From: Octopus vulgaris
Lineage: Eukaryota
DNA: 64,000 bases
Direction of reading: 5' to 3'
NCBI GenBank assembly: GCA_951406725.2
Contig: OX597832.1
Location: 29,822,001-29,886,000 of the forward strand
Below, piece by piece: positions 1 through 14,341 of the stretch. Below the pieces are notes generated by a model. That model was not told the DNA's origin and did no database searches. It saw only the letters and a list, made by a program, of their open reading frames with translations. The first letter of the stretch is position 1. Each line of letters starts with the position of its first letter. The position numbers and the translations under genes were made by a program.

Positions 1-157
1 GTAACAGGTGCGTTTGTGCATTTCTGCTGGTATTAATATGTGCACTTAAATGCATATGTGTATATATATGTAAACATGCAGATGCACATGCCTCTGCACA
101 TCTTCGTGCTTGTGTTTGTCCATGCAAGATATGCATATATTTTATTCATATAGTGTA

Positions 158-198
<41 letters not shown>

Positions 199-200
199 AG

Positions 201-412
201 CTTTTCTACTCTAGGCACAAGGCCCGAAATTTTGGGGGAGTGGGTCATTCGATTAGATTAACCCCAGTATGCAACTGGTACTTATTTCATCGATCCCTAA
301 AGGATAAAGGGCAAAGTCGACCTCGGTGGAATTTGAACTCAGAACGTAGCGGCAGATGAAATGCCGATAAGCATTTCGTCCCGAATGCAAACGATTCTGC
401 CAGCTCGCCGCC
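201..412 (-). mobile_element. tRNA-derived SINE (ggcggcgagctggcag family)
   Basis: Reverse complement of the SINE head and the gtcgactttgcctttcatcc...aagtaccag core seen at 3360, 13541 and 28751. Confidence 0.85.
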
Positions 413-489
413 TTAACAATAATAACAATAATGAAAAGGATTATTACGAAGTGGCACAGCAAACCGGTAACCATTTCGAGTGATCCTTC

Positions 490-520
490 ACTATACACAC
501 ACACAGACATATGACATATG

Positions 521-551
<31 letters not shown>

Positions 552-558
552 GTGTATA

Positions 559-596
<38 letters not shown>

Positions 597-681
597 CACA
601 TGTGTATATATATATACACACACACATATATATATATATATGTGTATATATATATGTATGTATATATATATATATATATAC

Positions 682-734
<53 letters not shown>

Positions 735-957
735 TATATATATATATGTATGTATATATGTATTTGTGTATGCATATATATGCATATATAACTTTGATTA
801 TCTCTCTATACACACACATTCATGTGTATGAGTGTGTACGTATAAATGGCTGTGCGTGTGCCACAGACACACACAAAACACACACACAAACTATACGCAA
901 CTGTATGCATACAAAATGTGCAGCAATTTTTCTGGTCTGAAAAACATTTCGAGGCCT

Positions 958-997
<40 letters not shown>

Positions 998-1367
998 GTG
1001 TGAGTGTGCATGTGTATGCGTGTGTGTGTGTGCATATACTTGTGTGCTTGCATCTATGTCTGTGTGTGTGTATGCATATATTTGTATGTGTGTGTGTGTG
1101 TGTGTGTGTGTGCATCTATGTTAGTGTGTGTATGTATGACCGTATGTGTGTGTGTGTGTGTGTGTGTTCCTGTGTGTGTGAGAATGTGATTGATGGAGAA
1201 CAAAGAATAAAGTGTCAAAGGGGATGAGAGGGAGACGGGGGGAGGGGACGGGGCGGAAGGAGTCGCGGAAGGAAATGGTTACACATTCATACATTCGTAT
1301 ATAAGTGTGTGTGTGTGTGTATGTGTGTGCATATATGTATGTGTGTATATACTTGTGAGTGCATACG

Positions 1368-1407
<40 letters not shown>

Positions 1408-1697
1408 TAACAATTATAAATTTGATTGTAATTCATTTTGTCTTCCCTATTATTTTTCATGGTTTTGATTTATCCACACAAGGATGTGTTTTGTGTGTGT
1501 GCATGTGTGTTTTGTGTGTGTGTGCATGTGTGTTTTTGTGTGTGTGCATGTGTGCATGTGTGTGTGTGCATGTCTGTTTTGTGTGTGTGCATGTGTGTGC
1601 GTGTGTGTATACACTCACACACACACACACACACTTTATATGTGGATTAACAAAGAGAATCGACCAAATACTCTGTTGAACTCGATATTATCGTGTG

Positions 1698-1733
<36 letters not shown>

Positions 1734-1818
1734 GAAAGATAGATAGACAGATAGATAGATAGATAGATAGATAGATAAAGAGACAGATAGATAAAGAGAC
1801 AGATAGATAGATAGATAT

Positions 1819-1855
<37 letters not shown>

Positions 1856-1989
1856 AGGGTAGACAAATAGATAGAAAGCTATGTATGTACATAAAGACAG
1901 ATCACTCACACACGTGTGTGTGTGTGTGTGTGTTTATAAGAGGAAACGAAGAAACAACAAAGAAATGAAAAACGGAAGGAAATATAAAG

Positions 1990-2028
<39 letters not shown>

Positions 2029-2030
2029 AG
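490..2030. repeat. Compound microsatellite field (TA, CA/TG, GATA, GA, GAAA)
   Basis: Directly visible; source of the low-complexity ORFs. Confidence 0.95.
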
Positions 2031-2421
2031 TTTTGGAAATGAATTCACTTTTCTTCGACTTGGGAGAGAATTCTGCAATGAATTCTTTGTTTCTCTAAAA
2101 CAATTTTGAATTGGACAAAAACTTTCCAAAATGACTTTGGGAAAATAAATTTTTCAAAGCAAACCAAAAGATGGTAAAAATATTGTCTGGGAGTTAAATA
2201 TGGCAAAAGAAAGAAAAAAAAAGCGAGAGAGGAGGCATTCTTTGTTGTCTTATTCTTTCCAGTTCCTTCCTTCTTTTTATTTATTTTTTCTCTCCTATCC
2301 TTACCATTCTCTCATTGCTCTGCTCCCTTCACCGTTTCCTATGATCCGTTTCGTTCTCCCCCAAAGACACGAAATCTACTTGAAATTTCTCAAAACACAC
2401 AAATGTCCCTCTTATACTCTC

Positions 2422-2458
<37 letters not shown>

Positions 2459-2557
2459 ATATTACTCTTTCTTTTTCCTCCCTCACTCACCACCTCTCTT
2501 TCTCATATTGACTTCTCCTTCTCTCTCCTATACTTCTCTCTTTCCCTTCACTTTGTT

Positions 2558-2588
<31 letters not shown>

Positions 2589-2633
2589 GTTATCTATTTT
2601 CCATCCTGTTTTTCTCTATTCTTTTTCTCTTTC

Positions 2634-2669
<36 letters not shown>

Positions 2670-3359
2670 TCCTTCTTTCTTTCCTTCTATCACATTCTCT
2701 TGCTTTTTCTCTCTTTCGTTTTCACCCTCTCCTACTGCTCTCTTTCTTCTCCCACCTTCTACCATCTCTTTCCCTTTCCTTTTCTTTTCCTCTCCCATTT
2801 CCCTCTCTATCAACTTCTTTCCTCCCTCCCTCCATCTCTCTCCTGCTCCTCCTCCTCCTTCTTCTCTTAGTTTCTCTTTACCCTTTTTCCCCTCCCACCA
2901 CTCTACTACCCCTCTCCCTTCCCCACCTCACCTACTTCCCATCATGCAACCGGCTGTGACCCAATCCACCCACCACCACCACCACCACCCACCACCAGTA
3001 TTCTCTACCCCAACCTATCCCCACCCATACTTAGCTACAAACACTGTTTGTTTAACTGTCTTTCTCCTCTCCCCCACCCCCATCCCCTCCACCGTATTAG
3101 GTTTCCTTCACCACCGAAGGACGCGGCCCAGTTTCGTTTCTAGGCCGAAACCGTTTCCCTCACGATGCAAATGTTCCTGGAAAAGACATCAGTGTCAATA
3201 TTTCTCTGAGAAACCATTATGCTTCTTCTCGAATATACAGCATTGTACTTTTTCAGTAACGGCAACCCCTTTTGGACTGAGGGGGGTGGATAAGGTGGAG
3301 GAGTGAGGATTAGTTGATAGCGGGTGTCACGGTAGCTTTATTATGAGATAATCCAAAAA

Positions 3360-3980
3360 GGCGGCGAACTGGCAGAAACGTTAGCACGCCGGGCGAAATG
3401 CTTAGCGGTATTTCGTCTGTCTTTACGTTCTGAGTTCAAACTCCGCCGTGGTCGACTTTGCCTTTCATCCTTTCGGGGTCGATAAATTAAGTACCAGTTA
3501 CGCACTGGGGTCGATGTAATCGACTTAATACCTATGTCTGTCCTTGTTTGTCCCCTCTATGTTTAGCCCCTTGTGGGTAATAAAGAAATACGTATTTCGT
3601 CTGCTGCTACGTTCTGAGTTTAAATTCCGCCGAGGTCGACTTTGCCTTTCATCCTTTCGGGGTCGATTAAATAAGTACCGGTTATGCACTGGGGTCGATG
3701 TAATCGACTTAATCCGTTTGTCTGTCCTTGTTTGGCCCCTCTGGGTGTAGCCCCTTGTGGGCAGTAAAGAAATAAGAATCGTTAGCACGCCGGGCAATAT
3801 ACTTAGCGGCATTTCCTCTGTCTTTACGGTCTGGGTTCAAATTCCGCCGAGGTCGACTTTAGCTTTCAACCTTTAAGGGGTCGATGAAATAAGTACCACA
3901 TTTGGTCGCTGGGGTCAATGTAATCAATTAACGCCCTTCTCCGATCTTTCTGGCATTGTGCCAAAATTTGAAATCATTAT
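3360..3980 (+). mobile_element. SINE with three tandem copies of the core
   Basis: B-box-like gagttcaaa and the gtcgactttgcctttcatcc core recur at ~3430, ~3615 and ~3835. Confidence 0.85.
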
Positions 3981-4761
3981 GAGATAATTCATGGTCGGCG
4001 AGTGAAAGGCAACACTTCGCATGACCATCGCTAACGATAAACCCAAAAATAGTGAATTTAATGGAGCCGTTGTCCGGCCTTAAACACCTACCGGAGTTTA
4101 AACATCTGACCCCCCTAACCGATGGCTAGGGGATCACATGTTTGAATGCTTTAATAGTATGGACGCTACTAACAAGACCAACAGCCGTTGCCGTTCCATC
4201 TCTTATTCGGAAATATTTTACTTCGGACAACATTATCCAATGAATGTTTGTTAGGAATATGGAATGCGATTTGCGTAAGAATTGGCTGGTTTTCTTTCAG
4301 GCAGAATGGTCACTACTGGTACGACTTGTTTTAGGGACCATAGATTGTTAGAAATCAAAGCAACTGGCGATGGGACTCGAACTTAGAATATTGAGGCTAT
4401 AACAGAAATGCTGATACTATTTACATCATGAATGAACCTTCCCTTCACTATGTCTGTCAATATTCACCATGTCTAGCGATTTCTCCCGGAAGCTACAAGT
4501 TCACAGCATTTAACAACGCCCCCCCCCCCGAACATTAGCTAAAACAACGATGCCTTTATTGCGATACGAACATTCAGATACATTGTAATATGATACGTGG
4601 GGTGGGGTGGAAGAGAAAGTGTGGCTGCACTGGAACTGTGTCAGTGACCAGGTCGCAGATAGTGCGACGAAAATTTCGACCCCAAATAATAGATGATTAG
4701 ATGAAATTTAGTTTTCCTGTGATTTTAATGGTTAATAAGTCTACCACATTGTATACGCCAA

Positions 4762-4908
<147 letters not shown>

Positions 4909-4909
<1 letters not shown>

Positions 4910-7070
4910 TACTTTTGAGCTGCATGTTTGTTACAGTCACTTGTCGAGACACACCCAGCGCCCCAGGGTGAGTGAAGGATAAGAGATGCTACAGTATGAC
5001 TGAAAGCTTGGGGAGGGGAAGTGACAGGGGCTGTAACGAAATATCTTCATGTAATACAACACAGACATTTAAATTGATAGAGTTTTTCTAAGGATGTGGG
5101 CAGTACTTGTCAGCACAATCTTTTGAATTTCTCTGAGACGTGGTTTTCTTAGGGTATTATCTAGATGTTTCTGACATCCCTTTCTTATCATACCAAGGGC
5201 ACCTACAATAACAGGAACAGTTCTCCCTTTAAGATGCCACATCTTTTGTATTTCAATTAACAGGTCCTTATATTTACTTGATTAGTCAAATTCCTTTACA
5301 GATATATTTTTATCAGTGGGAACACTTACATCTATTAGTCTACAAGTATTTTCTCCTTGTCTTCAATGACTATATCTGGTCGATTAACCTAGATCGTTCT
5401 GTCGGTGTTGACAAGAAAGTCCCAGAGGATAGAGACATTTTCACCTTCAACGACTGGCTCAGATTGATGTTCATACCAGTAAGCAGGAGTGCCGATTTTG
5501 TAGTGCTTAATTTATTTTCCAAAGTAAATACTGTCCTACCACATCGTGGCGACTTTTGTATTCGTTTGGTGTCAGCACAGGACAACCCGAGTCGAGATGG
5601 TCTATTGTTTCATCGAATTTATCGCAGAATCTACATTTAGGGCCAGAACCGTTTTGAAGGACGTTAACCTGGTAGTTTTTGATAAGCAAGCTTTAATCTT
5701 GTGCTGCCAGTCTCTGCTTTCAGTCCTGCTTTCAGTTCTGCGCTTCTCAGCCATTGATGGGTTGTTGCTTGGTCTACATTAGAATTTCGGCTCCACCGCT
5801 CCTCAATTTGTTTCTGCCCGTTCTTTTTTTGTAGTCTGTTTGATCCGTTTTGCTTTTTTTATTTTTGTGGTAGTGGTTTCAGGTTCTTCCTCTAATTCAG
5901 GATTAATGCCAAGTTCCCTTGCGAATTTGCAAGCTTCCTTGACAATAGAATGTGAATTTTTACTCCTTTCGTGTTCGCACATAAACTGCAGTGTCCACTC
6001 CTCTGTACGAGATAAGTATCTGTTCATCGTTATTGCGGAGGTCTTATAGCACAGTTCTACCTGCATCATTCTTCTTCTTCCATTACTTCGAGATAGATAC
6101 AGACGATCAACGTCTGCTTTTGGGTGGTGCATGTTCTTAGAAGTTAGTAGTTTTCTTGTCTTCCTTCTCAGGCGTTGGAGTTCTATAAAATTCCAGTTAA
6201 TGATGTTAAAACCGTATTCGACGACTGGAAGTGCCAGGGTGTTAATGGCTTCGATGAGAGTTTTGGAGTTGTGTTCTGTTTTTAGTATGAGTTTTATTCT
6301 TCTGTAATGCTCTTTTCGTATTCTTTCTCTCATAGTAGCGTATTGTATACCATCTCCTTCGTTTATCCCCAGATATTTATAGGTTCCTTGTGGGTCAAGC
6401 TCCTTGATGGAAGTGTCAGAATCTAATTTAATAGAAGCTGTTTGCTTGAGCTTTCCTCTTACAAAAGCTGATTTAGCACACTTATTAGGGCCAAAATCCA
6501 TCCCGATGTCATTGCTGGACTCTTTGACAGTTGTTACCAGCCCCACTAGGTCTTCGTCATTTCTAGCAAACAGCTTCAGATCGTCCATATAAAACAGATG
6601 GTTTCCTATAATATTACACATTTTGAACCCATACCTGATGTCACTCAGTTCGTTTGAGAGTGGAACAGTACCATGCAAAAGAGTAATGGGGAGAGGGTGT
6701 CACCTTGAAAGATGCCTCGTTTGATGTTGTTAGATTTTCTCATCCCATTACTATGGTTTAGAAGGAGATGTGTATTCCACTTAGCCATGCTACCTCGTAA
6801 GAATTTGGAGACGACAGGGGAGATCTTGTATATCTCAACGGCCTTGGGTTACCAGTTATGTGGGACACTATCAAACGCTTTCCTGTAATCTATCCATGCC
6901 ATACTCAGGTTCTTCTTCTTGTTCCAGCAATTCTCTGCAATCATTTTATTTATGAGTAATTGATCTTTGCATCCATAAGAATTCCTTTTACAACCTTTTT
7001 TGAGCTTCTGGAAGGATATATCTCTTTTCAAGGAAAGCGTATATTCTGTCAGTTAATATGGATGTGAGGA
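4909..7070 (-). mobile_element. 5'-truncated, decayed Dong/R4-like non-LTR retrotransposon (RT, CCHC knuckle, restriction-like endonuclease)
   Basis: Minus-strand fragments AWIDYRKAFDSVPH, GIFQGD, HLFYMDDLKLF, MHHPKADVDRLYL, CRFCDKFDETIDHLDSGC, and C-terminal PVIVGALG; frameshifts and stops; (TAA)n at both ends. Confidence 0.88.
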
Positions 7071-7769
7071 TTTTATTTTTATTATTATTATTATTATTGC
7101 ATGCTTTCACTACTGCACTGCTAATTACAGCTCTATGTGCTTTTTGGTATTAGCAGCGTGTTTTTTGGCTCTGTCATTTTTACTGTATTAAAGGTTCCCC
7201 ACGTAACACGTATCCAATGCCTAGCAGAGAGTAATTTTCAGTTTGGTATGTTTATTTAAAGATCCTAATGTTTTCATAGTGAATTAGGCTGCATATTTTT
7301 TTTATTAATGCCAGGGCACCTGTTTGGGTCGTTATAGTAGGTGAGTCAATTTTATTTCGTTGAGGAACATCGTTTTCTGTTGCGCTGATTCTTCACAGAC
7401 TCTTTCTTTTCCAGTGGTTCTTGATCTTTCTATCTGTATGCCTTGGCATATCCTAGAATATGCTTATTTTGACGTTCTTGGGTATTTTTCTTGTTCTATG
7501 TCCCTATTATCTCTCCTATGTTGGCCCTTCATAATCATTTCCAGTATAAAAGAGAAATATGACCAACTGTTTCTTCTCCATCTCTACATGTTCTGCCGTT
7601 ACTATATTTCGCTTCGTTATATACTTCTGGTGGTTTCTGGAAGAATGACTTTAACGCTGCCCCGTAATCATAAACCCTTCAGTCTCAGAATTTAGGGAAT
7701 TCTGCATTTTCCTTCTCTACTTCCATTCTGTTCATCTTTTTGCATTATTGGCCATGTAACTTTTCTTAT

Positions 7770-8176
7770 TTCTTTATTACCCACATGGGGCTACACACAG
7801 AGGGGACAAACAAGGACAGACAAACGGATTAAGTCGATTATATCGACCCTAGTGCGTAACTGGTACTTATTTAATCGACCCCGAAAAGATGAAAGGCAAA
7901 GTCGACCTCGGCGGAATTTGAACTCAAAACGTAGCGGCAGACGAAATACCCATTTCTTTACTGCCTACAAAGGGCTAGAAATAGAGTGAACAAACAATGA
8001 CAAAGGGATTAAGTCGATTACATCGACCCCAGTGCGTAACTGGTACTTAATTTATCGACCCCGAAAGGATGAAAAGCAAAGTCGACCTCGGCGGAATTTA
8101 AACTCAGAACGTAACGGCAGACGAAATACGGCTACGCATTTCGCCCGGCGTGCTAACGTTTCTGCCAGCTCGCCAA
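7770..8176 (-). mobile_element. SINE with two tandem cores
   Basis: Reverse complement of the 3360 family. Confidence 0.85.
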
Positions 8177-8546
8177 CTTATGTGACTTTTCTTGCCATCG
8201 CTTTATCAGAATATTTCGATGTCCCAATTTCAGGTTAGGTTTCAGTTTTGTATGATTTCTAATGTTGTTTCTCCTGTCATCTGTCATTTTATCCTGTTTT
8301 GTTGTTACTGGTTTTTTTGGAGGTACAAAATATTTTTAATTATGTTGTTCATTTTTTTGTAGTTATTTGTATTAATTTTCCCATTATTATTTGCCTGATA
8401 TTTTTGCCGCCTACAACAAATATTTTCTCATAGTTTTCTCGTTTCATAAGACCCATACCGCTTTGTATTCGTGATAGATATTTTTCTGTGTTAGATATTC
8501 AGTGGTGCATTCTATATGCAGCTATGTCTATCTAGTCTTCTTAATT

Positions 8547-8856
8547 GCGTGGAGGCACATGGCCTAGTGGTTAGTGCAGTGAACTCGCGGTCGGGGGATC
8601 GCGGGTTCGAATCTCAGACCGGACGATGTGTATGTTTATGAACGAAACACCTAAGCTCCACGCGGCTCCGGCAGAAGGTAATGGCGAACTTCTGCTGACT
8701 CTTTCACCACAACTTTCTCTCACTCTTTCCGCCTGCATCTTGCAGCTCACCTGCGACGGACCGGCGTCCTGTCCAGGTGGGGAACCTATACGCCAAGAAA
8801 CCGGGAAACCGGCCCTTATGAGCCAGGCATGACTCGAGAAGGAACAAACAACAACA
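8547..8856 (+). mobile_element. tRNA-derived SINE with 13-bp target-site duplication
   Basis: A box tggcctagtgg, B box ggttcgaatc, (AAC)n tail; agtcttcttaatt at 8534-8546 and 8857-8869. Confidence 0.9.
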
Positions 8857-10924
8857 AGTCTTCTTAATTCGTTTACCGTCCAATTGAGACTACCATAACT
8901 GAAACAAATTTCTTGGACGCCTTCGGTTTGATCCCATGACTTTCTTTTTGCATTTAGTTCCGTTTTAATTATTGATCAAAAGCGTTTATAATATTCCTTC
9001 CTAATCCTTTACCATTTTTTTCCTTTTGCTTTAGTGCGCATGCTTCTAATTTGAGTTGTGTAGCAATTCTCCTGGTAAATCCATGTACTTTATGTTGGAG
9101 TGTTTCTAGTTTGTCATTTGCAGTATACAATCTGAGGTAATTCATGTACAACAGATGGTTGATTGCTTCATTGTAACATTTGTATCCGTTTCTAGTCTCA
9201 TTTAAATATTTCTACAAGACAAAAAAAAATAATGGCAGGAGAATCTCTTGGAATATTCCTTTTCTAATGAAGACAGATTTCGCGTTTTATAGTTCTCTCT
9301 TTCACCTGAATTTACAAAATTGTTTGCCATTCACTCATGACATATTTCACTGAAGGTGCTACCTTGTTCGTGATAGTATTTCCAGCCCCTACCCCGCTCT
9401 CACCCCCGTGTAGTGAATAATTCCGGTGATTTCCAGTATTTGGTTTGTGCTTTTCTTTCTCGCCTTTCTTTCTCATTCTGCAGTCTTTGATTATGGTTTT
9501 ATTGATCAGTGATTGATCTTTCTCATCGTAAGAACCTTTGCTGCATCCCCCGCACTTCAGACTCAGGGTTTCTTTGACAAGTTCAATATTCACAGCGATA
9601 TTATTGCATTTAAGTCTTTGTGGGTTTATAGAAGGGCGGGTTATGAGTAGAATCGTTGGCACGCCGGGTGAAGAGCTCAGCTGTATTTCGTCCGTCTCTC
9701 CGTTCTGAGTTCAGATTCTGCCGAGGTCAACTTTGCTTTTCATCCTTTCAGGGTCGATAAATTAAGTACCAATTGCGTACTGGGGTCAATGTAGTCGACT
9801 TTACTCCTTCCCTCAAATGTTGCTGGCCTTATGCCAAAATATTTGGAGATCAAGACTAACTCCCATTCGGTATCTGTCCTCCAGGATACTCGTGTTCTCG
9901 CGATCTTCGCACACTGCTTTGCGAAGGTCACAATCAGCCATCGGGTCACATCCTCACCCCATGTCTCTTTCTCATCGTGATTCCTACAGGTCTTTGCCCC
10001 ATGTGCTGAGTCATCAATCTATGGGTCGGTGTGAATCGAACCACTGACGGCACTGACTGTTCCATTTCTATGGTTTCAGCAGCAAGCTTCAATAGTGTTT
10101 ATGCAATAGTGTTTATGGCACCAAAGAGGAGAAAGATGAACAACGGAGAGACAGAGAGAAAGAGACCTCTGGTGCCTGAAGGAGATACAAATAACAAAGA
10201 GAATAAGTTAGAGAGAAAGAGAGAGAATCTGTCTGTGTGAGAATGAGACGGGAATGGCTCCGTGTGTTTTAAGTGTTCGGTAAGATTTGGACGCTTAAAA
10301 GTGTAACTATTGATCCAATTCTCAAGATATTGGTGATATCTGTTTATCGATCTCAAACCGTTGAAAAGGAAAACCAAACGCCGTCGTGATTTGAACTCCA
10401 ATATTAAAAAGTGGGGACACAACTATTTTTTTTTTTCCTTTCATTTTCTCTGTTTATGAAATACATAAGGCAAATTCTGATTCAGACTGTAATTATCATC
10501 TTCGTTAATGAGTTTTGTTAACGCGAGGTCAGAAGTCATTAAGAGCTGTCATTTGTGTCTATGACGTCTTAACTAACTTTAGTATATCGTAAATAATTGT
10601 CCCAGTATTTTGATGACCTGTCTAAACGAAGTTCAACAAGCAACACTGACACAAAATAACACAACAAATTAATACAGCCTTATAAATTAGACTTCAGGGT
10701 TTCTCAATGTTTTTTAATCGTGGTGTCATTGTCCATAAAGCATTACTTTTCCAATTTTTAGAAATAACCGACCCAGCACTGTTATGTAGAATGAGCTTTC
10801 TCTTGATTTGAAGATCACCGTACTCCTCGGGTTTGTATCGAGTCGATCAAGAAACAATTTATAGAGTCAAAGATCTTGTGTTCGTATCCTACAGAAAGTC
10901 GTTACACTCTCTCTTTAGAATAAA

Positions 10925-11296
10925 CTAGCAGTATCGCCCGGCGTTGCTCGGGTCTGTTTCGACCCTTTAGAATTGGAATTTCTGAAAAGTAAAAGTTTTG
11001 CATTATGTAGCTTGTTATTCTCTTTAAGTGAACATTTTTCTGGTTGAAATACACCGAAAAATGGCGACACAGTAGTCAAAAAATCGTTAAAAAATAGGGA
11101 TTTTTGATGTAAATGATTTTTGGTGTTAACATGGTCCGATTTGAATTTTATCTTCTATGGAAAGAAGAGCAAGCCTTCTTCTATCATACTCTCAATTTTG
11201 GTCAACTTGCGCCGCAAGGTCTCGGAGGAGATAGTGTTAGTTGAAGGTTACCAAGCCTGCCACACACAGACAACTTCAGCTTTATATATAGAGAGA
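10925..11296 (-). mobile_element. Non-autonomous Helitron-like element
   Basis: Minus strand begins TC(TCTC)TATATATAAAG and ends with hairpin CCCGAGCAACGCCGGG then CTAG, inserted between A and T, no TSD. Confidence 0.75.
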
Positions 11297-11619
11297 TATC
11301 TTCAAAAGAAAGTTTTATCGGGAATTACAACTGAGTTTTCTAAAGAGATGCTATGCAAAGGAAGGATGTTTTACTATGTTGCTACGCTGATTTCGCTACT
11401 TACATATGTAGAGAGAAGGCTAAATTTCGTTGATGAGCTCAGAATAGGAGCAAATTAAATTATAGTTGTCTCTCGTACTTAGAGGACAAATGAAAAAAAA
11501 GTACAAATTGATTCGTTTTGTTTTACCTCACCAAATTGTTAGTTTTTAACCAGTTTTTTTAATGTTCCATGCATTAAATATACTAACACTGACCTACCTA
11601 TTTCTACATCCATTTTTGT

Positions 11620-11636
11620 ATCCATCCGTCCATCCG

Positions 11637-11694
<58 letters not shown>

Positions 11695-12026
11695 CATCCA
11701 TCCATCCATCCATCCATCCATCCATCCATCCATCCATCCATCTATCTATCTATCTATCAGTCTGTATGTATGTCTGTCTATCTAGCTAGCTAGCTATCTG
11801 TATGTCTGCTTTTCTATCCATCTATGTTTATTTGTCTGTCTCTCTATCTATTTATCCATCTGTCTGTTTGTCTTTCTGTCTGCCTGTCCGTCTGTTTGTC
11901 TATTTATCTGTCTGTCTGTCTATTTACCTATCCATCTGTCTGTCTTTCTATTTATCCATCTAGCTAGCTATCTGTCTGTCTGTCTTTCTATCTGTCTATC
12001 TCTCCAACTAGCTAGCCATCAGTCTG

Positions 12027-12102
<76 letters not shown>

Positions 12103-12120
12103 CCTACCTAATTATCTATC
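11620..12120. repeat. (ATCT)/(ATCC)/(GTCT) tetranucleotide field
   Basis: Directly visible. Confidence 0.9.
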
Positions 12121-12481
12121 TCTCACCATATATATATTATTAACTATTCCAGACCTATTCGATATGCTCAACCTATCTTAAGTATTAATCTTATTGATTC
12201 AAATAGTTCGAAATGAATAGATTCGTTATGTGTATGAAGAATTCACATTGGAATCATTCTCTTCGAGACTGAATTAAAAACGCCGCCACATCTGGAGACT
12301 GCTTCACATCGGAGAATATCTCGTTTCACTGAATCAGCGAGTGATGTGTTAGCGGATGTTAAACCAGGGATTTGACACTCGATTTTGACTCTCAACAAGA
12401 AAAACAATGAACCGCCTATTAAGATAAATAATCGCTCTCATCCTACCAATCTTCCTTCTTTATCTATCTGTCTAAACACAA

Positions 12482-12528
<47 letters not shown>

Positions 12529-12699
12529 TATGTATGTATGTATGTATGTATGTATGTATGTATCCATCTATCTTTAACTATCCATCTTTTTGTCTATCTG
12601 CGTGTGTCACTCCCTCTAGCTCTCTCTCTCTCTCTCTCTTGTTTTCTTGTCCATCTGCTTCTCTCTCTCTCTAATTGTATATCTATCCTTCCATCTCAA

Positions 12700-12997
12700 T
12701 TCTTCTTCTTCTTCTTCTTCTTCTTCTTCTTCTTCTTCCACTTCTTCTTCTTCTTCTTCTTCTTCCACTTCTTCTTCTTCTTCCACTTCTTCTTCTTTTT
12801 CTTCTTCTTCTTCTTCTTCTTCTTCTTCCACTTCTTCTTCTTCCACTTCTTCTTCTTCCACTTCTTCTTCTTCTTCTTGCACTTCTTCTTCTTCTTCTTC
12901 CACTTCTTCTTCTTCTTCCACTTCTTCTTCTTCTTCTTCCACTTCTTCTTCTTCTTCTTCCACTTCTTCTTCTTCTTCCACTTCTTCTTCTTCTTCC

Positions 12998-13028
<31 letters not shown>

Positions 13029-13100
13029 CTTCTTCTTCTTCTTCTTCTTCCTCATCTTCCTCCTCCTCCTCCCCCTTCTCCCTCCTCCTCCTCCTCATCA
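12700..13100. repeat. (CTT)n interrupted by CCA, then (CCT)n
   Basis: Directly visible; gives poly-E/K/S/L/F ORFs. Confidence 0.95.
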
Positions 13101-13540
13101 CTGTTTATTTACACAGACATCGTCTATACACAAAAAATAGGGTGTAATACTGTCAACCAATTTAATTTATCTGCAGCAGATGTTTGTCTTTTAAAAAGAC
13201 ATTCTAAGCATTTGCTGCCTGAGACAATAAACGTAGACTAAATGTGAAATAAAACAGTCTCGCGATACCCGACTGTAAATCACACCGACACCCTTAAAAC
13301 CTTTTCCTTCGACGTCTGACGAATATCATCGTAATCCACCTCCATTACTCAGAAATAATTTATGGTGTCTGTTGATTTTAAAGCAAAGCAGTCCCAGAAA
13401 TATTTCGCAAACACCCAAACAGCTGTGATATTAATGTTTATTTTAAGGCGGTAGTTTGGAAGAATCGGTTGGGCATCGTAGCTGTGGATGGTAGAATTGG
13501 TAGAGCATCAAGCAAGACATATTGCGGTATTTATTGGATT

Positions 13541-13772
13541 GCGGCGAGTTGGCAGAACCGTTAGCACGCCGGGCGAAATGCTTCGCAGTATTTCGTCCGC
13601 CGCTGCGTCCTGAGTTCAAAGTCCGCCGAGGTCGACTTTGCCTTTCATCCTTTCGGGGTCGATAAAACAAGTACCTGTTGAACAGTGGGGTCGAAGTAAT
13701 CGACTTAATCCGTTTGTCTGTCCTTGTTCGTCCCCTCTGTGCTTAGCCCCTTGTGGGTAGTAAAGAAATAGG
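13541..13772 (+). mobile_element. tRNA-derived SINE (3360 family)
   Basis: Same head and core; ggtatttattggattgcg occurs at both ends. Confidence 0.85.
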
Positions 13773-14258
13773 TATTTATTGGATTGCGTCACTTTGAGAC
13801 ATTCTACGTTCAGTTCCTTATTTCTTTATTGTCCACAAGGGGCTACTCTAGAGGGACCACTTTCTGAGGAGAAAGGAGTGGGTAGAATGATTGGTGTGAA
13901 GCCAAGAGTTGGACAAAGTATGATTTGTGAGCGAGGAATCGATGAAGGAGCTAGGAGCGCATGAGTGGGTGTAACAAGAGACCAAACAGCTCTGCAGATC
14001 AGAAACCGGTATAATAGCGGTAGAAAAGACACAGGGAGGAGACACAGCATGTCTGTACACCAGAGGCTGGAGTGTATTAGTGAATGTTTTCGTATCAATC
14101 TGTCGGCTGACCTTTTGATGGCTGTAATCTGAAATGTATGCGTGTATCACCGATTCTTTTCTGAATGGGGGGGGGACAGTAATTTATTGAGAGTATCACC
14201 TGAGCTTTGTAAAACCTTTTGAATAATGGAAATTAGTTTAACGATTTTCGCCTTTAAG

Positions 14259-14341
14259 GTGAATCGTCTGGTGTTGAGTGTAAGTGTAACTGTTAATGTG
14301 AGCATGAGTGTGAGTGTGATGCAAAGCTATTCATCCACGCA

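Larger units (their letters stand above)
7100..9560 (-). mobile_element. Older, more decayed Dong/R4-like LINE remnant interrupted by SINEs
   Basis: Minus-strand fragments GCSKGSYDEKDQSLINKTII (cf. GCKRNSYGCKDQLLINKMI in the first copy), NHLLYMNYLRLY, YLSRIQSGMGLM. Confidence 0.7.

Noticed and set aside
253-1909. Many 70-190 aa ORFs rich in YI/CV/HT
   Set aside because: Translations of dinucleotide microsatellites, open in several frames on both strands.
9870-10285. Possible promoter/first non-coding exon with donor cg|gtaaga at ~10280
   Set aside because: Only a donor-like motif; no independent support from sequence alone.
12385-13241. Poly-Glu/Ser/Leu/Phe/Lys ORFs
   Set aside because: (CTT)n trinucleotide repeat without splice or domain support.
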